A DNA stretch of 64,000 nucleotides. It comes from a virus. The notes below the pieces were generated by a model. That model made no database searches and was not told the origin of the DNA. It saw only the letters and a program-made list of their open reading frames with translations. The translations under genes were made by a program, and so were the position numbers. Each line of letters begins with the position of its first letter. Position 1 is the stretch's first letter. Below, piece after piece: positions 26,597-37,500 of the stretch. The stretch covers positions 1 to 64,000 of IMG/VR virus record IMGVR_UViG_3300025137_000014; one strand, 5' to 3'.

Positions 26597-28154
26597 ATTT
26601 GCTCTCGTATTCTTCCTTAGCTTCGTTCCAGAAAGCAGTCATTTCAGGAAATGTTTCTAAAAAGTTTAATCCCCTACGTTTATCATATTGTGAAAAATAT
26701 TCATGAAACCGTATTAATTGACTACTTAATTCATCATCACTCATATTTAGCCCTTCTTTGGCCCATGCCAAATCACGCTCAAGTTTTAATACTTCGTAAT
26801 TCTTAAATCCTGTATACTTTCTGCCATATAAATCATTCTCTAATACATTGGCTTTCATAAAATCAATGTTATCTTGTATCATGTCTAGTAATTCTTGGTC
26901 TGCTAGTTGTATTGTCATCCAATCAGGATATCTTAAATACGGAATATCAAACCAAACTCTTTGACGTTTCTTTCTTACAAATGGTGGGTGTTTAAAACCA
27001 TGATGGTCAGGCGGTTGAATTATTTTATCTTCTTGATTTTCATATCCAAATTCTTCACGTAAGTCTAATATCATTTGCAAGAACCCACGTAGATTTGTGA
27101 TACTTAATAACTGAAATGTATTGATAAAAGAAATTTCTGTACCATCAGTTTCACTTAACACTCTACGACAATTCTCATATAGTGTATCAAAGTTTAAACC
27201 GTCACGCATATATTCTGCTTGTTTACCTACACCATCAACACTTACATACAAACTAAAGTGTTTACATGCTGGTGCAACATACCAGTGATTACCGCTATCA
27301 GGATTGAAACGTTTTGGATCTTCCCATACACGAATTTTTTCTAATGCTTGTATCTTTTCAATAAACTTATCCATTAACTTAGGACTTGGAGGTGACATGT
27401 TTGACGTAATACTTAAATCAAGAAAAGGATTAGGGTTCTCGTTAACATAGTCAAATACTTTGAATGTATTATTATCCATAAGAGGCTCACCGCCTGTCAT
27501 ACGAAATACTTTCAAGTCTCTGTATATCTGTGGAAACCATTCCCAAAATGCTTCAATGTAAGGATTGTCTTTACGTGCTACTTCAAGTGGCATAAGACCT
27601 GTCTTACGTAAGTAATCAATGTTGTTATGACCAGTGCCGTTAGAGAACTTAAAGTCACCATGCTTCTTAATATCATCTTCCCACGCTGTACTCAAGTGAG
27701 GTGAGCAATAGCTACACTTTAGATTACATGCTTGATTGAAGTTTACTTCTACATAGCGTGGAGTGATATTATGGTCAAAGTCATTGTTTACAACTTCGTC
27801 CCAAGCATCTTTAACCCACCATTCACTTGAACGATAATGTCTGTCACTAAGTCTGCCGCCTTCGGGGGCATCAGGAGCGTCTTCGACATTCCAGCAATAC
27901 TGGCAACCTTCAGGACGGGTGCCGCATTTCATTTGCTTTCTTTCTTCTAGTTTGAATGTGGTGTTGTGTAATGCATTAACATCTTTCTTAAGTTCTTCTA
28001 AAGGAATAGGATGTGTCGGTGGATGATAACAACTATGAGTACGCCCTTGAGGCAGATGCAAACTTACTTGCAACCATTTAGCCATACACATAGATGGCGA
28101 AAGAGAATTTAACTTTTCTTTAGTTGCTTGTGCATCATCATCATAGTTTGCCAT
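26586..28154 (-). CDS. Radical SAM protein with N-terminal SPASM/Twitch-like Cys cluster (paralog of the adjacent gene)
   Basis: MCMAKW...THSCYHP...CQYCW; QACNLKCSYC; MTGGEP. Confidence 0.88.
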   Translation of the reverse strand: MANYDDDAQATKEKLNSLSPSMCMAKWLQVSLHLPQGRTHSCYHPPTHPIPLEELKKDVNALHNTTFKLEERKQMKCGTRPEGCQYCWNVEDAPDAPEGGRLSDRHYRSSEWWVKDAWDEVVNNDFDHNITPRYVEVNFNQACNLKCSYCSPHLSTAWEDDIKKHGDFKFSNGTGHNNIDYLRKTGLMPLEVARKDNPYIEAFWEWFPQIYRDLKVFRMTGGEPLMDNNTFKVFDYVNENPNPFLDLSITSNMSPPSPKLMDKFIEKIQALEKIRVWEDPKRFNPDSGNHWYVAPACKHFSLYVSVDGVGKQAEYMRDGLNFDTLYENCRRVLSETDGTEISFINTFQLLSITNLRGFLQMILDLREEFGYENQEDKIIQPPDHHGFKHPPFVRKKRQRVWFDIPYLRYPDWMTIQLADQELLDMIQDNIDFMKANVLENDLYGRKYTGFKNYEVLKLERDLAWAKEGLNMSDDELSSQLIRFHEYFSQYDKRRGLNFLETFPEMTAFWNEAKEEYESKYGS

Positions 28155-28160
28155 TAGAGT

Positions 28161-29141
28161 TTATTTGTCCCAACCGGTTTGCTTCTCTGTTGCTAGTGGA
28201 TTATTAACTCTTGGTGGATTAGTATATACTCGTTTGAAAAATGAGGCTACTTCTGGAGTTGGATCACATAGTTCCATATCCATCTTATCTACTAAGATAT
28301 CACCGGTTTCTAAACATGCATCAAATAGTTTTTCATAATTCCATTCTAGTTTTGTTTTTTCACACTTCATATCTCCGCCTTGAAATTTAGGAAATACTGT
28401 ATTATCAAAGTACTCTTTAAACCAGTCAAAGCTAGAAATGTTTGCTAAGACAAAATCAGGGTTAAGATTTGTATCATAACAACCTAATCTTGCACCATAA
28501 CATGCCCATATACCATTCTCTACGTTTGCCCCAATATTCATCCAAGTAATCAGACGTTCATAATTTTTAGGCCATATACGTTTTTTAAATTCATCTACTG
28601 GTACTTTCTTGCCTTCATCAAGTGACATTTTAGAACCTTCACGATAACCTGCACGAAAGGCTTGAAATGGGGATCCGGCATTATGTACTGTAGAATAAAT
28701 ATTATTCATCTGAATATAATTTAAGTCCCAACAAAAATCTACTTTCTTTGTTTCGTCTACTGCGTTTTCATGTGTCTTCATATCTAATACAAGTTGTACT
28801 GGCCAGCATTTAATGCCTCCATTACCATATACTAGACCGTTAACTACGTTCTTTGCAGACCAACTAATAACTGAATTAACTAAATCAGTTCCATCTGGGA
28901 ATGTTAATTCGATATCAAAAAACTTTTCATCTACGATATTATCACCATCAATAGTAATAAATCTGTCTGTATCACTCTGTCTTGCACACTCTTTGTGTGC
29001 ATTATCAAATCCTTTTACACCATCTACTCTTTTTGCAAATGGAAATTTGCTTATAATATCTGCCCAATGTTCTTCTTTGTTAGGCTCATCGTAACTTAGA
29101 TAAAATACATCTAACTCACCGATTTCTAGTTTGCTCATCAT
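28161..29141 (-). CDS. GT-A-fold glycosyltransferase-like protein
   Basis: DVFYLSYDEP, RVDGVKGFDNAH, FITIDGDN (DxD). Confidence 0.55.
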   Translation of the reverse strand: MMSKLEIGELDVFYLSYDEPNKEEHWADIISKFPFAKRVDGVKGFDNAHKECARQSDTDRFITIDGDNIVDEKFFDIELTFPDGTDLVNSVISWSAKNVVNGLVYGNGGIKCWPVQLVLDMKTHENAVDETKKVDFCWDLNYIQMNNIYSTVHNAGSPFQAFRAGYREGSKMSLDEGKKVPVDEFKKRIWPKNYERLITWMNIGANVENGIWACYGARLGCYDTNLNPDFVLANISSFDWFKEYFDNTVFPKFQGGDMKCEKTKLEWNYEKLFDACLETGDILVDKMDMELCDPTPEVASFFKRVYTNPPRVNNPLATEKQTGWDK

Positions 29142-29731
29142 GTCCTCCTGAATGAATATGTTTCTAAATACTTCTGTGTATATAAACTTATACTGTATTT
29201 ATTATATTCGAATTTAACCTTAGTCTCAGTACTCAATAGTTGTCCGAACGGAATAGATACTGTTTGTATGATAAAATCTGGTCTATTTTCATATGTTATA
29301 AAAAAAGGGTGATGAGTTTTGCCTGCAACTGTAACATTTTGATGTTTGTCTACATTTGCATTCTTTCTAACCTTTTTACTAGGAGAGAAGCATAGTTCTG
29401 AACCATCCCATGTTACTTCTATATCACAATATTTTGTATCTGATAGTTTATATAACTGAGAATCTTTACTTCTTTGTTTGATATCTACTTTAGACTTTAT
29501 GATTTCATAAACAAAGATATCATCTGTGCTTACTACCTTATAGTCTGAAAATTTATAATCGCCTGTTAAAAAAGGCAGAATAGCCTCTATTGTGAACCAA
29601 GTACTCTTAAGTAGTGGGTTTGAGTCTTCTGAATGCCTAGATGCAATACTATGTATATCGCCTGCATCATTGAAGAATACTACTCTTGAATTCTTAGTTT
29701 CATGTGTGAACCCGGTGCTTAATATTTTCAT
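29138..29731 (-). CDS. Hypothetical phage protein
   Basis: 197-aa ORF, ATGA-coupled on both sides. Confidence 0.7.
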   Translation of the reverse strand: MKILSTGFTHETKNSRVVFFNDAGDIHSIASRHSEDSNPLLKSTWFTIEAILPFLTGDYKFSDYKVVSTDDIFVYEIIKSKVDIKQRSKDSQLYKLSDTKYCDIEVTWDGSELCFSPSKKVRKNANVDKHQNVTVAGKTHHPFFITYENRPDFIIQTVSIPFGQLLSTETKVKFEYNKYSISLYTQKYLETYSFRRT

Positions 29732-30585
29732 ATATCTAGTGCCTTTTCATACATATTAATTTTTTCTTGTGTTAGCCAGTTCTTTTCAACGTAATGAAAA
29801 GGAAGTGACTGTTCGTAGTTTGCTACACGAATTTTTAAATCATCTGACATGCTACTTGGTATACTATCTGTCCAAATGCCAGATATTTTATTATTAGGAA
29901 TATTTTGAATGTAACTTTTCATGTGTACAAATGTTGGTACATCTTTAATATCATTATCAATAACTTCTTCTTCTAAATCTAATAAACGTATAGCTAATGC
30001 ATATGCCAAGTCTGCACTCATCCAGGTCTGTCCTGTTCCTTTAAGAAATTTATCATAATACACATTCCAATGAACCATAATCAATTCAATCATTTTAAAC
30101 AATTCAAAACTTGTATCAGATTCTTTAAAATAAGTCATGTTACTATATACATTAGGTAATTCTAATTGTGTAAATTTTTTACGATAGTAATCGTCTTCTA
30201 CTAATTCGTTTCTAAATGTCTTAACATGTGTACAAGCCCATACATCTTTTTTAGATAAATGATCCCACCAATGGTCAACAGGATGTGTAAATAAAACATC
30301 AGTATCAAGAATGATAGTTTCTTTAAATGGTGTCATGTGTGGATACTTCCACTTATTATGAATTTTCCATTCATCTGCACCTGCATCATCATTCCATGGG
30401 ATATCAACGATATGGTCAAACACTTCTTTGTGTTTTCCAGTGAGTTGTGTTTTAGTATATTCGTCAACGCATACACAAATCGCATTTTCTTTCTGTGTAG
30501 CTTTAAGCGACAATGCCAAAGCATAAGCCTGATTAAGATAATCATACTTACTATTCTGGGCTATAGCAATGTATCCCCTACTCAT
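29728..30585 (-). CDS. GT-A (GT8-like) glycosyltransferase-like protein
   Basis: AYALALSLK, TPFKETIILDTDVLF (DxD), FVHMK, PFHY. Confidence 0.65.
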   Translation of the reverse strand: MSRGYIAIAQNSKYDYLNQAYALALSLKATQKENAICVCVDEYTKTQLTGKHKEVFDHIVDIPWNDDAGADEWKIHNKWKYPHMTPFKETIILDTDVLFTHPVDHWWDHLSKKDVWACTHVKTFRNELVEDDYYRKKFTQLELPNVYSNMTYFKESDTSFELFKMIELIMVHWNVYYDKFLKGTGQTWMSADLAYALAIRLLDLEEEVIDNDIKDVPTFVHMKSYIQNIPNNKISGIWTDSIPSSMSDDLKIRVANYEQSLPFHYVEKNWLTQEKINMYEKALDI

Positions 30586-31451
30586 AGAGTATCTCCTTGC
30601 GCCAATAGTGTATCTATATTGCGTTCTATTGCAGATTTATTCATAATGTGTATATCTGTATTTGTAAATCTAGCTAACACATGTTCTATTGTTTTATCAG
30701 GTTTAGCACAATACATTATAATATCATTACTGCTATTAACTCTAAAAATATCATCTAAATCAAAACTATTGTTTAGATAATCAATAGGCAACGATGGTAC
30801 TTCGCATGCCACTTGCCCATTTAAAATATGAACAGCCATTGAAAATGCAAAATCGTTCCTAAATAATGTACCTGAACAATTATACAAATAGTAATAGTAC
30901 TTATAATTTTCTTTTATATGACTAACTAACGTAAATAAATTTTCAGTGTATTCAGATTTTTTAAAATAGAAAACTGTTGCCCAATACATCGGTATGGAGA
31001 AATCATCAATATAGGATATGTTACCGCCATGTCTACCAGCAACATCCCTATATTGACAATTAATCATGAAGTCGTTTTCACTACCCCATACTTGGTCAAG
31101 TGTGTTACTCATTACAAAGTAATCACAATCGATAACCAAACTTTCTTCGTAAGGTGAGAGGTCATATACGTCACTACGAGACATATTGACAAAAGGAGCA
31201 TACTGCGATTGTCCAGCAGTATCCTTGAATAGTCTTATATTACTATCCTGTTTTGATGCGGAAATAATAGTTCTATCGAAATACTTGTTTACTAATTCTT
31301 CGTTATCTAATAAAGATTCGTTATTAGTAACTAAAGCAATTTCATCAAAGCCTGATAGATTCTTTCTGACATAACCTGCACACGTACATGCAATTTTTAT
31401 GTAATCTAGTAACCCATTATTTGTTGCAAAGATTATAATTCCTTTGCTCAT
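30582..31451 (-). CDS. GT-A glycosyltransferase-like protein (paralog)
   Basis: SPYEESLVIDCDY (DxD), YWATVFYFKKS, RNDFAFSMA. Confidence 0.6.
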   Translation of the reverse strand: MSKGIIIFATNNGLLDYIKIACTCAGYVRKNLSGFDEIALVTNNESLLDNEELVNKYFDRTIISASKQDSNIRLFKDTAGQSQYAPFVNMSRSDVYDLSPYEESLVIDCDYFVMSNTLDQVWGSENDFMINCQYRDVAGRHGGNISYIDDFSIPMYWATVFYFKKSEYTENLFTLVSHIKENYKYYYYLYNCSGTLFRNDFAFSMAVHILNGQVACEVPSLPIDYLNNSFDLDDIFRVNSSNDIIMYCAKPDKTIEHVLARFTNTDIHIMNKSAIERNIDTLLAQGDTL

Positions 31452-31831
31452 TAGATTTCCAGAACCTTCTCAATCTTACGTGAACTACGTAACTTTTGAT
31501 AATCATTATAGTATTCATTGATAACTTCGAAATACAAACTAGAAATATCTTCTAAGAATTTCGTAGTATCTTCAAGTTTAATTGGAATGTCGTTCTTATC
31601 AAGCAGGATGACTTCTGTTTTGCCTGCATCAACAATAGTACTCATAAATCCAATTAATTCTTGTGACACTTTAAATGTACCACCATTACTACTATAGTTC
31701 AGTAAATTTTGTGTTTTAACTTTTAAGTTGTTTTTATTAAGATTGAAAGTCTGCATAGTGTTTGAAAACTCTAATGCTCTTTCTAGCCGTTCAAGTTCGG
31801 TACTTGAAGGCGTAATATTTTCTTTTGACAT
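31451..31831 (-). CDS. Conserved phage hypothetical protein
   Basis: Start at MSKENIT with AGGAG SD; helical C-terminus. Confidence 0.7.
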   Translation of the reverse strand: MSKENITPSSTELERLERALEFSNTMQTFNLNKNNLKVKTQNLLNYSSNGGTFKVSQELIGFMSTIVDAGKTEVILLDKNDIPIKLEDTTKFLEDISSLYFEVINEYYNDYQKLRSSRKIEKVLEI

Positions 31832-31855
31832 GGTTATACTCCTTGTATTCTTTAT

Positions 31856-31884
31856 ATAATACAAGAAAATAGGCTGTTTGTCAA
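31856..31884 (-). promoter_or_regulatory. sigma70-type promoter for the minus-strand modification operon
   Basis: Minus strand TTGACA (31884-31879), 17-nt spacer, TATTAT (31861-31856); no GANTC. Confidence 0.65.
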
Positions 31885-31887
31885 GCC

Positions 31888-32841
31888 TTAAAGTTCAGAA
31901 ATGTGTGAAAATGTTGGAGATCCTACTACAACGCCTAAACCAGATACATCTTGGTCATCTGCACGTAGTATATCTACCTGAATTGCTAGAGTTCCTGCTA
32001 CATAATCTGTAATATTGAACTCACTTGTAGTATATGCATCGTAGAATTCTAGTTTAATATCTATAGCATTGCTACCATTTAATCTAGCATGTACTTCAAA
32101 TTTGTTATTTGTATAGTAACCGGAACTGCCATCACCGCCTGTCTTTTCATATATCTTTGCATATGATGAAGTTAGTGATGTAAATCCTCCAGCTGGAGTG
32201 CCTACACCACCTGTAGATTCTATTACATTATGACTGAGTTTCAATATACCAACGTTTGTGAACATTGTTGCCCAATCTGTGCTTTGTTTATGCGAAACGT
32301 CAACGCCAGTTAGTGAGGTATCTAGTCTTATATCTCCGCCAGAGTTAAAGAAATGTCTTCGGTCATCTGAGTTTGCAAATATAGTTGAAAATTCATAGAA
32401 TACATTTCCTGACCAAGTATGAACTGCGCCAGCACCCGGAACGTCATATGTCTTAGATGATGAAATCTTATTTGATTCCGCAGTCATTTGAGCGATATCG
32501 AAATTTAGTTTGTTAGAACGTACAGTCGAAATATCTACTTCTAAGTCTGGAATGATTTCTATTAGTTGACCTGCAGTTGGGAAATCAGGGTCACTGCTAT
32601 CTAACGGTGAGTTAATAGTAGTGCCCTGATGTCTGCCTGCGTATTTAAGAGCAGTTAGGAGTAACTGCATGTGAGAAGCATTAACTATAGTCCCACTTGT
32701 TACGTGAGGGATTACGAGTTGGTCTTGGCCATAACCAGAGTCGCCCGCTCCAATTCCAACAATTTCGTTTATATCATCTGCGAAACCGTTATAATCGGAT
32801 GCTCGTATCTTTCCTCCTAAGTAGTAACTTTGTGGTGCCAT
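31888..32841 (-). CDS. Virion structural protein (baseplate/tail-associated)
   Basis: Paralog of the adjacent gene (GDSGYGQ; HFFNSGGDIR); G/S/T-rich; structural module context. Confidence 0.6.
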   Translation of the reverse strand: MAPQSYYLGGKIRASDYNGFADDINEIVGIGAGDSGYGQDQLVIPHVTSGTIVNASHMQLLLTALKYAGRHQGTTINSPLDSSDPDFPTAGQLIEIIPDLEVDISTVRSNKLNFDIAQMTAESNKISSSKTYDVPGAGAVHTWSGNVFYEFSTIFANSDDRRHFFNSGGDIRLDTSLTGVDVSHKQSTDWATMFTNVGILKLSHNVIESTGGVGTPAGGFTSLTSSYAKIYEKTGGDGSSGYYTNNKFEVHARLNGSNAIDIKLEFYDAYTTSEFNITDYVAGTLAIQVDILRADDQDVSGLGVVVGSPTFSHISEL

Positions 32842-32874
32842 CTTATTAACCTATCTCTTTTCATGTTAGAAAAC

Positions 32875-33783
32875 CTATGATAGGTTATCTGTAACTGTAA
32901 ATGTTGGATTTGTTATACTAACAGAACCTGATGTATTACTGTTTTTTAATGAGTTTATTGTTACTGTAGACGTACCAACTGCCTGGTCAGCTCCACTCCA
33001 AGACCATGCTCCACCATAACCTGAACCTGAGCCAGAACGTGCCGCGTGTGCATCTGCTAAAATAGTTTTAACATATATATCGGCGCCACTTTTGTAAGCC
33101 TCGATAGCGATATAGTTTGAACTATAATCACCATCATCTGCGTATTCTTTCTTAACTTCTACATAAGAAGTAGTTAGGTCAGAATACTTTTTACGTGTCG
33201 AGGAATCAACGTTAGTTGAGTCTGTCGGACGTACTGAAAATCTGTAAGTTCCCATTTCTGCTGTTAATTGTTCCCATGATGTTCCTTGTTGATTAGAACT
33301 TGTATCATTGTGTGATGCTGAAACTCTAATTTCACCACCTGCTGAGAACCATGCATTCATTGTATCCACATCAGAAAATGAAACTCTTACGATTTGTTCT
33401 TTCGTACCGTTCCAATTGCTAACTGTTTGTGATGTTTCTTGTACAACTGACATGTCCCAACCACTTGAATAAGTCCAAGGGTTATCAAAATGGTCACTGA
33501 TGGTTGTTGTGAAAGAAGATGCATCATTATAAAATTGCTCATCTTGGATCACATCGCCAGCATCAACTGCCGTAAATGGGTTAGTTATATTATAAAAATT
33601 TGCAACTTTCGCCGCCGCTGAGTAGATAGAATCTTGATATACATCATCGATTGTATCACCTGCCGCAGGGTTGGCCGCTACCGTGTGACTTTGGTTATAG
33701 CCACCGTGAACACCTGTTCCGTTTAGTATCGAATTCAAGGTGTCTCTTAGTGTACTTAAGTCACTATTTGATATCACCGCCAT
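32875..33783 (-). CDS. Virion structural protein (paralog)
   Basis: GGYNQ; AWFSAGGEIR; AGGAG SD. Confidence 0.6.
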   Translation of the reverse strand: MAVISNSDLSTLRDTLNSILNGTGVHGGYNQSHTVAANPAAGDTIDDVYQDSIYSAAAKVANFYNITNPFTAVDAGDVIQDEQFYNDASSFTTTISDHFDNPWTYSSGWDMSVVQETSQTVSNWNGTKEQIVRVSFSDVDTMNAWFSAGGEIRVSASHNDTSSNQQGTSWEQLTAEMGTYRFSVRPTDSTNVDSSTRKKYSDLTTSYVEVKKEYADDGDYSSNYIAIEAYKSGADIYVKTILADAHAARSGSGSGYGGAWSWSGADQAVGTSTVTINSLKNSNTSGSVSITNPTFTVTDNLS

Positions 33784-33847
33784 GTTTTTACTCCTAAATT
33801 TGACTAGTCATTAAATTCTTAATCAAGAGATATTTCCGGATTTCTCT

Positions 33848-34519
33848 TTAACTAAGTTGAATAGTTACCGTATAGTCTATAACGATAGTTCTATTCGCTG
33901 ATAATAACACAGGATGAAAAGTTACATGTGTTAGCATCAGGGTCTTCGTTTCATCTAATATGCCAGCGTTGGTAACGCCAGATAGTAGACCAATTTCATC
34001 AAAAGTAAATGCCGGCACACCAATCGGGTCTGTAGAACTATCTGTCTCCGGAAGATTTGCATTCGGATCTGATAGCTGTACGAAACTTTCATAGTCATTG
34101 TGTGACAATTCTACTTTGAAGTTAATCTTTGATGTATTTTCTGGAATAAGTGTTCCATTAACATCTTCACCAGGAAAGTAAACCGTATTAACTGTTCCCT
34201 GCTGATAAGTTTTAGTGTATAACTTTGAATTACTCGCTGTCATACTTAATTCATCATATGTTGTGAAAACTCTTGGAGAACGGTAAGATAGCGTAGAAGT
34301 AGAATTACTTCCGCCATTACCGAATGCCATCCAATTGATATATGGTGCAGACCCAGTCCCATTGATACTTGTTGGCTTACCAGCAAGTCCAGAGGCTAGA
34401 ACATATGCCATATTTCCTGGATGAATAGCATTTTTCTTATTAACGAGTATTTGGCCTGTCTCTTTATCTGAGATTTTTAACATTCCAACTACTTGTGCTT
34501 GTATATTATCTTTAAACAT
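33848..34519 (-). CDS. Baseplate/tail-collar structural protein
   Basis: ILVNKKNAIH, AFGNGG, FTFDEIGL, LTHVTFHPV...NRTIVIDYT pattern of jumbo-myovirus structural genes. Confidence 0.6.
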   Translation of the reverse strand: MFKDNIQAQVVGMLKISDKETGQILVNKKNAIHPGNMAYVLASGLAGKPTSINGTGSAPYINWMAFGNGGSNSTSTLSYRSPRVFTTYDELSMTASNSKLYTKTYQQGTVNTVYFPGEDVNGTLIPENTSKINFKVELSHNDYESFVQLSDPNANLPETDSSTDPIGVPAFTFDEIGLLSGVTNAGILDETKTLMLTHVTFHPVLLSANRTIVIDYTVTIQLS

Positions 34520-34544
34520 TTTTATCTCTCTTAGTAATCTTAAC

Positions 34545-34552
34545 TATTTATC
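34545..34552 (-). promoter_or_regulatory. Putative late promoter GATAAATA
   Basis: 25 nt upstream of a structural gene start. Confidence 0.55.
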
Positions 34553-34572
34553 AAAATACTGTCTGTATGGTT

Positions 34573-37500
34573 TTAAACCCAATCCTCTTTCACTTTCCCA
34601 TGTAGAACTATCTCTAACGGTGTATCCAATGCGTACACTTTGCTAGTATTCCCAAGTTCTGTGAGTAGACCTGTATACAGACCTCTTTCTTCAATAGTAA
34701 GGTTTTGTGATGCTTTCTTGTTATAAGTCATAAACTCTATGATACCTGTTGTTTCATTTTCGAAAGCAATCAATTTCTTATTCTTTTTAGATGCTGTTTT
34801 GAAAGATGCCGGAGTATCTACTACAACTGTCGTACCATCAAATGATGCCGCAGTCGATTCAGCTTTAACTCCTATCTTCCATCCACGACCAAATATGTCA
34901 TACACAAACATGAACGTCTTATCATGTGTTGTTCTTGTCGCATCTGTATATTGTTTTATCATTACTGTGGAAGCATCAAGTATTGTAGGAAGTATCAGAC
35001 CAGTGTCAAAGCCACCTGGTAAATCTGTGTACTGTTGTCTTGTTCGTAATAGTCTTCCTTGTTCCCAAGTTCCATCTGCAATGGTAGTGTAATTGTCTGC
35101 ATCAATGATTTTCTCATCGCCGCCGTCTAATACATCTGCATCAATATAACGTGAATGGTTACCAAAGTCAAGTGTAATATTCATTTTTTCTTCAATGTTT
35201 ACATTTGAATTAATAATTTCTTCTTTGCCGTAAATTCTTTCTTTTGTTCTTATCTTCGTATGATAAGGTTTTGCCTCAGTGATATACTCAATAATATCTT
35301 CTTCACTATCACGTTGATAGATAGCGTACTGTCTCAAGTCTCTATGAAACATTTTGATATCAATATAACTTGATTTAAATATCCAGTCTGGATAACTTTT
35401 CTCTGTATACAAATAGTTAATCATACCAAATAAAATATTATTAAGAACATTTCGTTTAGGATACCCCATTAATAATGAAGATAGTTCATGTATCTGAACT
35501 CCTAATGCATTTTCGTAATACTGTTTAGATGCTTCATCGTTTTCTGGTTTAACCATATCTACATAAGACAATGATAATGCATTCTTTGAACTATTAACTA
35601 AACGTAATGCACCTTCATGTTCAACATAATATTCATCATGTGTAGGCAATTCTAGTTTAAATGAAGTTATACCTTCTCTATATAATTTTAACATATCAAA
35701 GTTTCTTGTCTTAGATAGATATCCGTATCTTTTGACTTCTTTATATTCGTCAGTTAGATACCAATCGTTTAGAGACATTGCTAACTCATCTGGGAAAATA
35801 AATTCTTTGTAGAATGGGAAGTTACCAGTTAGATGTTTGTTAGATAATTCTTTATTAACAAGTGATGCAAAGTTTTCTCTAGCACCTTGTAAATCTGTGA
35901 ACCAAGTATTAGTGAAATCTTCCTTCATTCTAAATACTCTGACTACATCACCTACTACAATATCAACTGATTTTGCAATTAATAATTTTGCCTGTGAAAA
36001 ATTAGTAGGATCAATGTCAAATCCTATATCTTTGGCATCCACTATTTTAGAGTTTAATGTAACAACAGTATCATTGATAGTCGCATCGGTTTGTCCTATT
36101 ATCAGTCCAGAAAGAATTTGGAATTGTATAATAGTATGATTAGGATCACCCAACATTGACTGTTCAACTTTTGTTTGGTCAGCCGAATAATATTCTATAT
36201 TAGAAATATTATTAATAAGTTCTTTCCATAATTTGCTATCAACTACACTGTTATCAAATTTTCCACCCTCTTTAATAAATTTGAAATCAGTATGCTTTGA
36301 TGAAACATCAGGAGTCATTCTATATTCTAATGTCACATCTACTGTTTCATTTTCGAATACAAATGCATTGTTGCTTATAGCTATTTTATTATTAGATATT
36401 GGTATAAATTTATTATTAATATCACCACTCTGTAATAGCATTTTAATTTCTTCAATGCTTAACGTCTTTCCAGAAACTGGTTCACTTCCTATCTCACTCC
36501 AATAATAATATTCAGTAATAGATTTATTCTTAATTGTATCAAAATAAACTTTGGTAGTAAATGTTGTTATGCCTTCTGGTAGTGCTTCGCTTTTAGACCA
36601 CTGCTTAATATTAATTTCTGAACCAGGAACTAACTTGCCCCAATATTTTGATGCAAATGATTCTACTAAAATTCTGTTTGCATCGCCATAGTCATTGTAT
36701 CTATAGTAACGTGCAAGAGTAGTGTCCCACCAAATCTTTCCTAAGTTTTCATCAAGCCATAATTCTTTGCTGGTAGCATTATCATATCCGGCTGGATCTT
36801 CCCATGTAATATAATCAATATCTCTTGTTGCTGAACCTGGGAATTTTAAGTTAAGTGGGTCATATAATTGATAGTTAAAGAAGTTATCACCATCTTGTAT
36901 GATAACACGTTTCATGTAATCTACTTCAAGTGTAGTTGCTTCTCTGTTTCTTATTATTAATGAACCTGTGCTATTTCTATTTAGAACTGCCCAGCCCTCA
37001 CTTGCATATGAATCTGCCCAAATTAATGCTTCTGCATTTAATCCTAAGTCTGCATAAAACTCATCAAACGTTTCAAATAAGAAGAACGGAGTAAATCGCA
37101 TAGACTTCCAACGCATTGCTTTGAAGTTTGCATTACTAGTAACACTCGTATAGTCTCTATATAGCCCTACTTTATTTAATATTCCATCTGATGTTCCACT
37201 GAATGACAAACTAACATTAGCACTTGTGAAGACCATTCTGCCATCACTTGTAATGTTAACCGAAATTGTACTTGATTGTGTATTAATAAAATCTTTAAAT
37301 TCTGATGCACTACTACTTACTGATGTACTATTAGAGTAAGTTCCTGCATTAATACCCAAATCATTTAATGGATTACCAGTAGTATTCGACAATGCAATAC
37401 TAGACTGCGAACTTGTAATTAGTAACTGTCTACCTGATGTACTCTTAGATAATGTAACACCAGTTGTACCTGATAGTGCCTGATTTTGTATGTCTTCAAT

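Noticed and set aside
16117-31831. RiPP cluster (radical SAM/SPASM plus precursor peptide)
   Set aside because: No plausible precursor, peptidase, RRE or transporter was seen; neighbours are glycan enzymes. Not fully excluded, since a precursor could lie elsewhere.
9293-31831. Bacterial O-antigen locus or host contamination
   Set aside because: No Wzx/Wzy/ABC exporter; genes are coupled to and share promoters and composition with the flanking phage genes.
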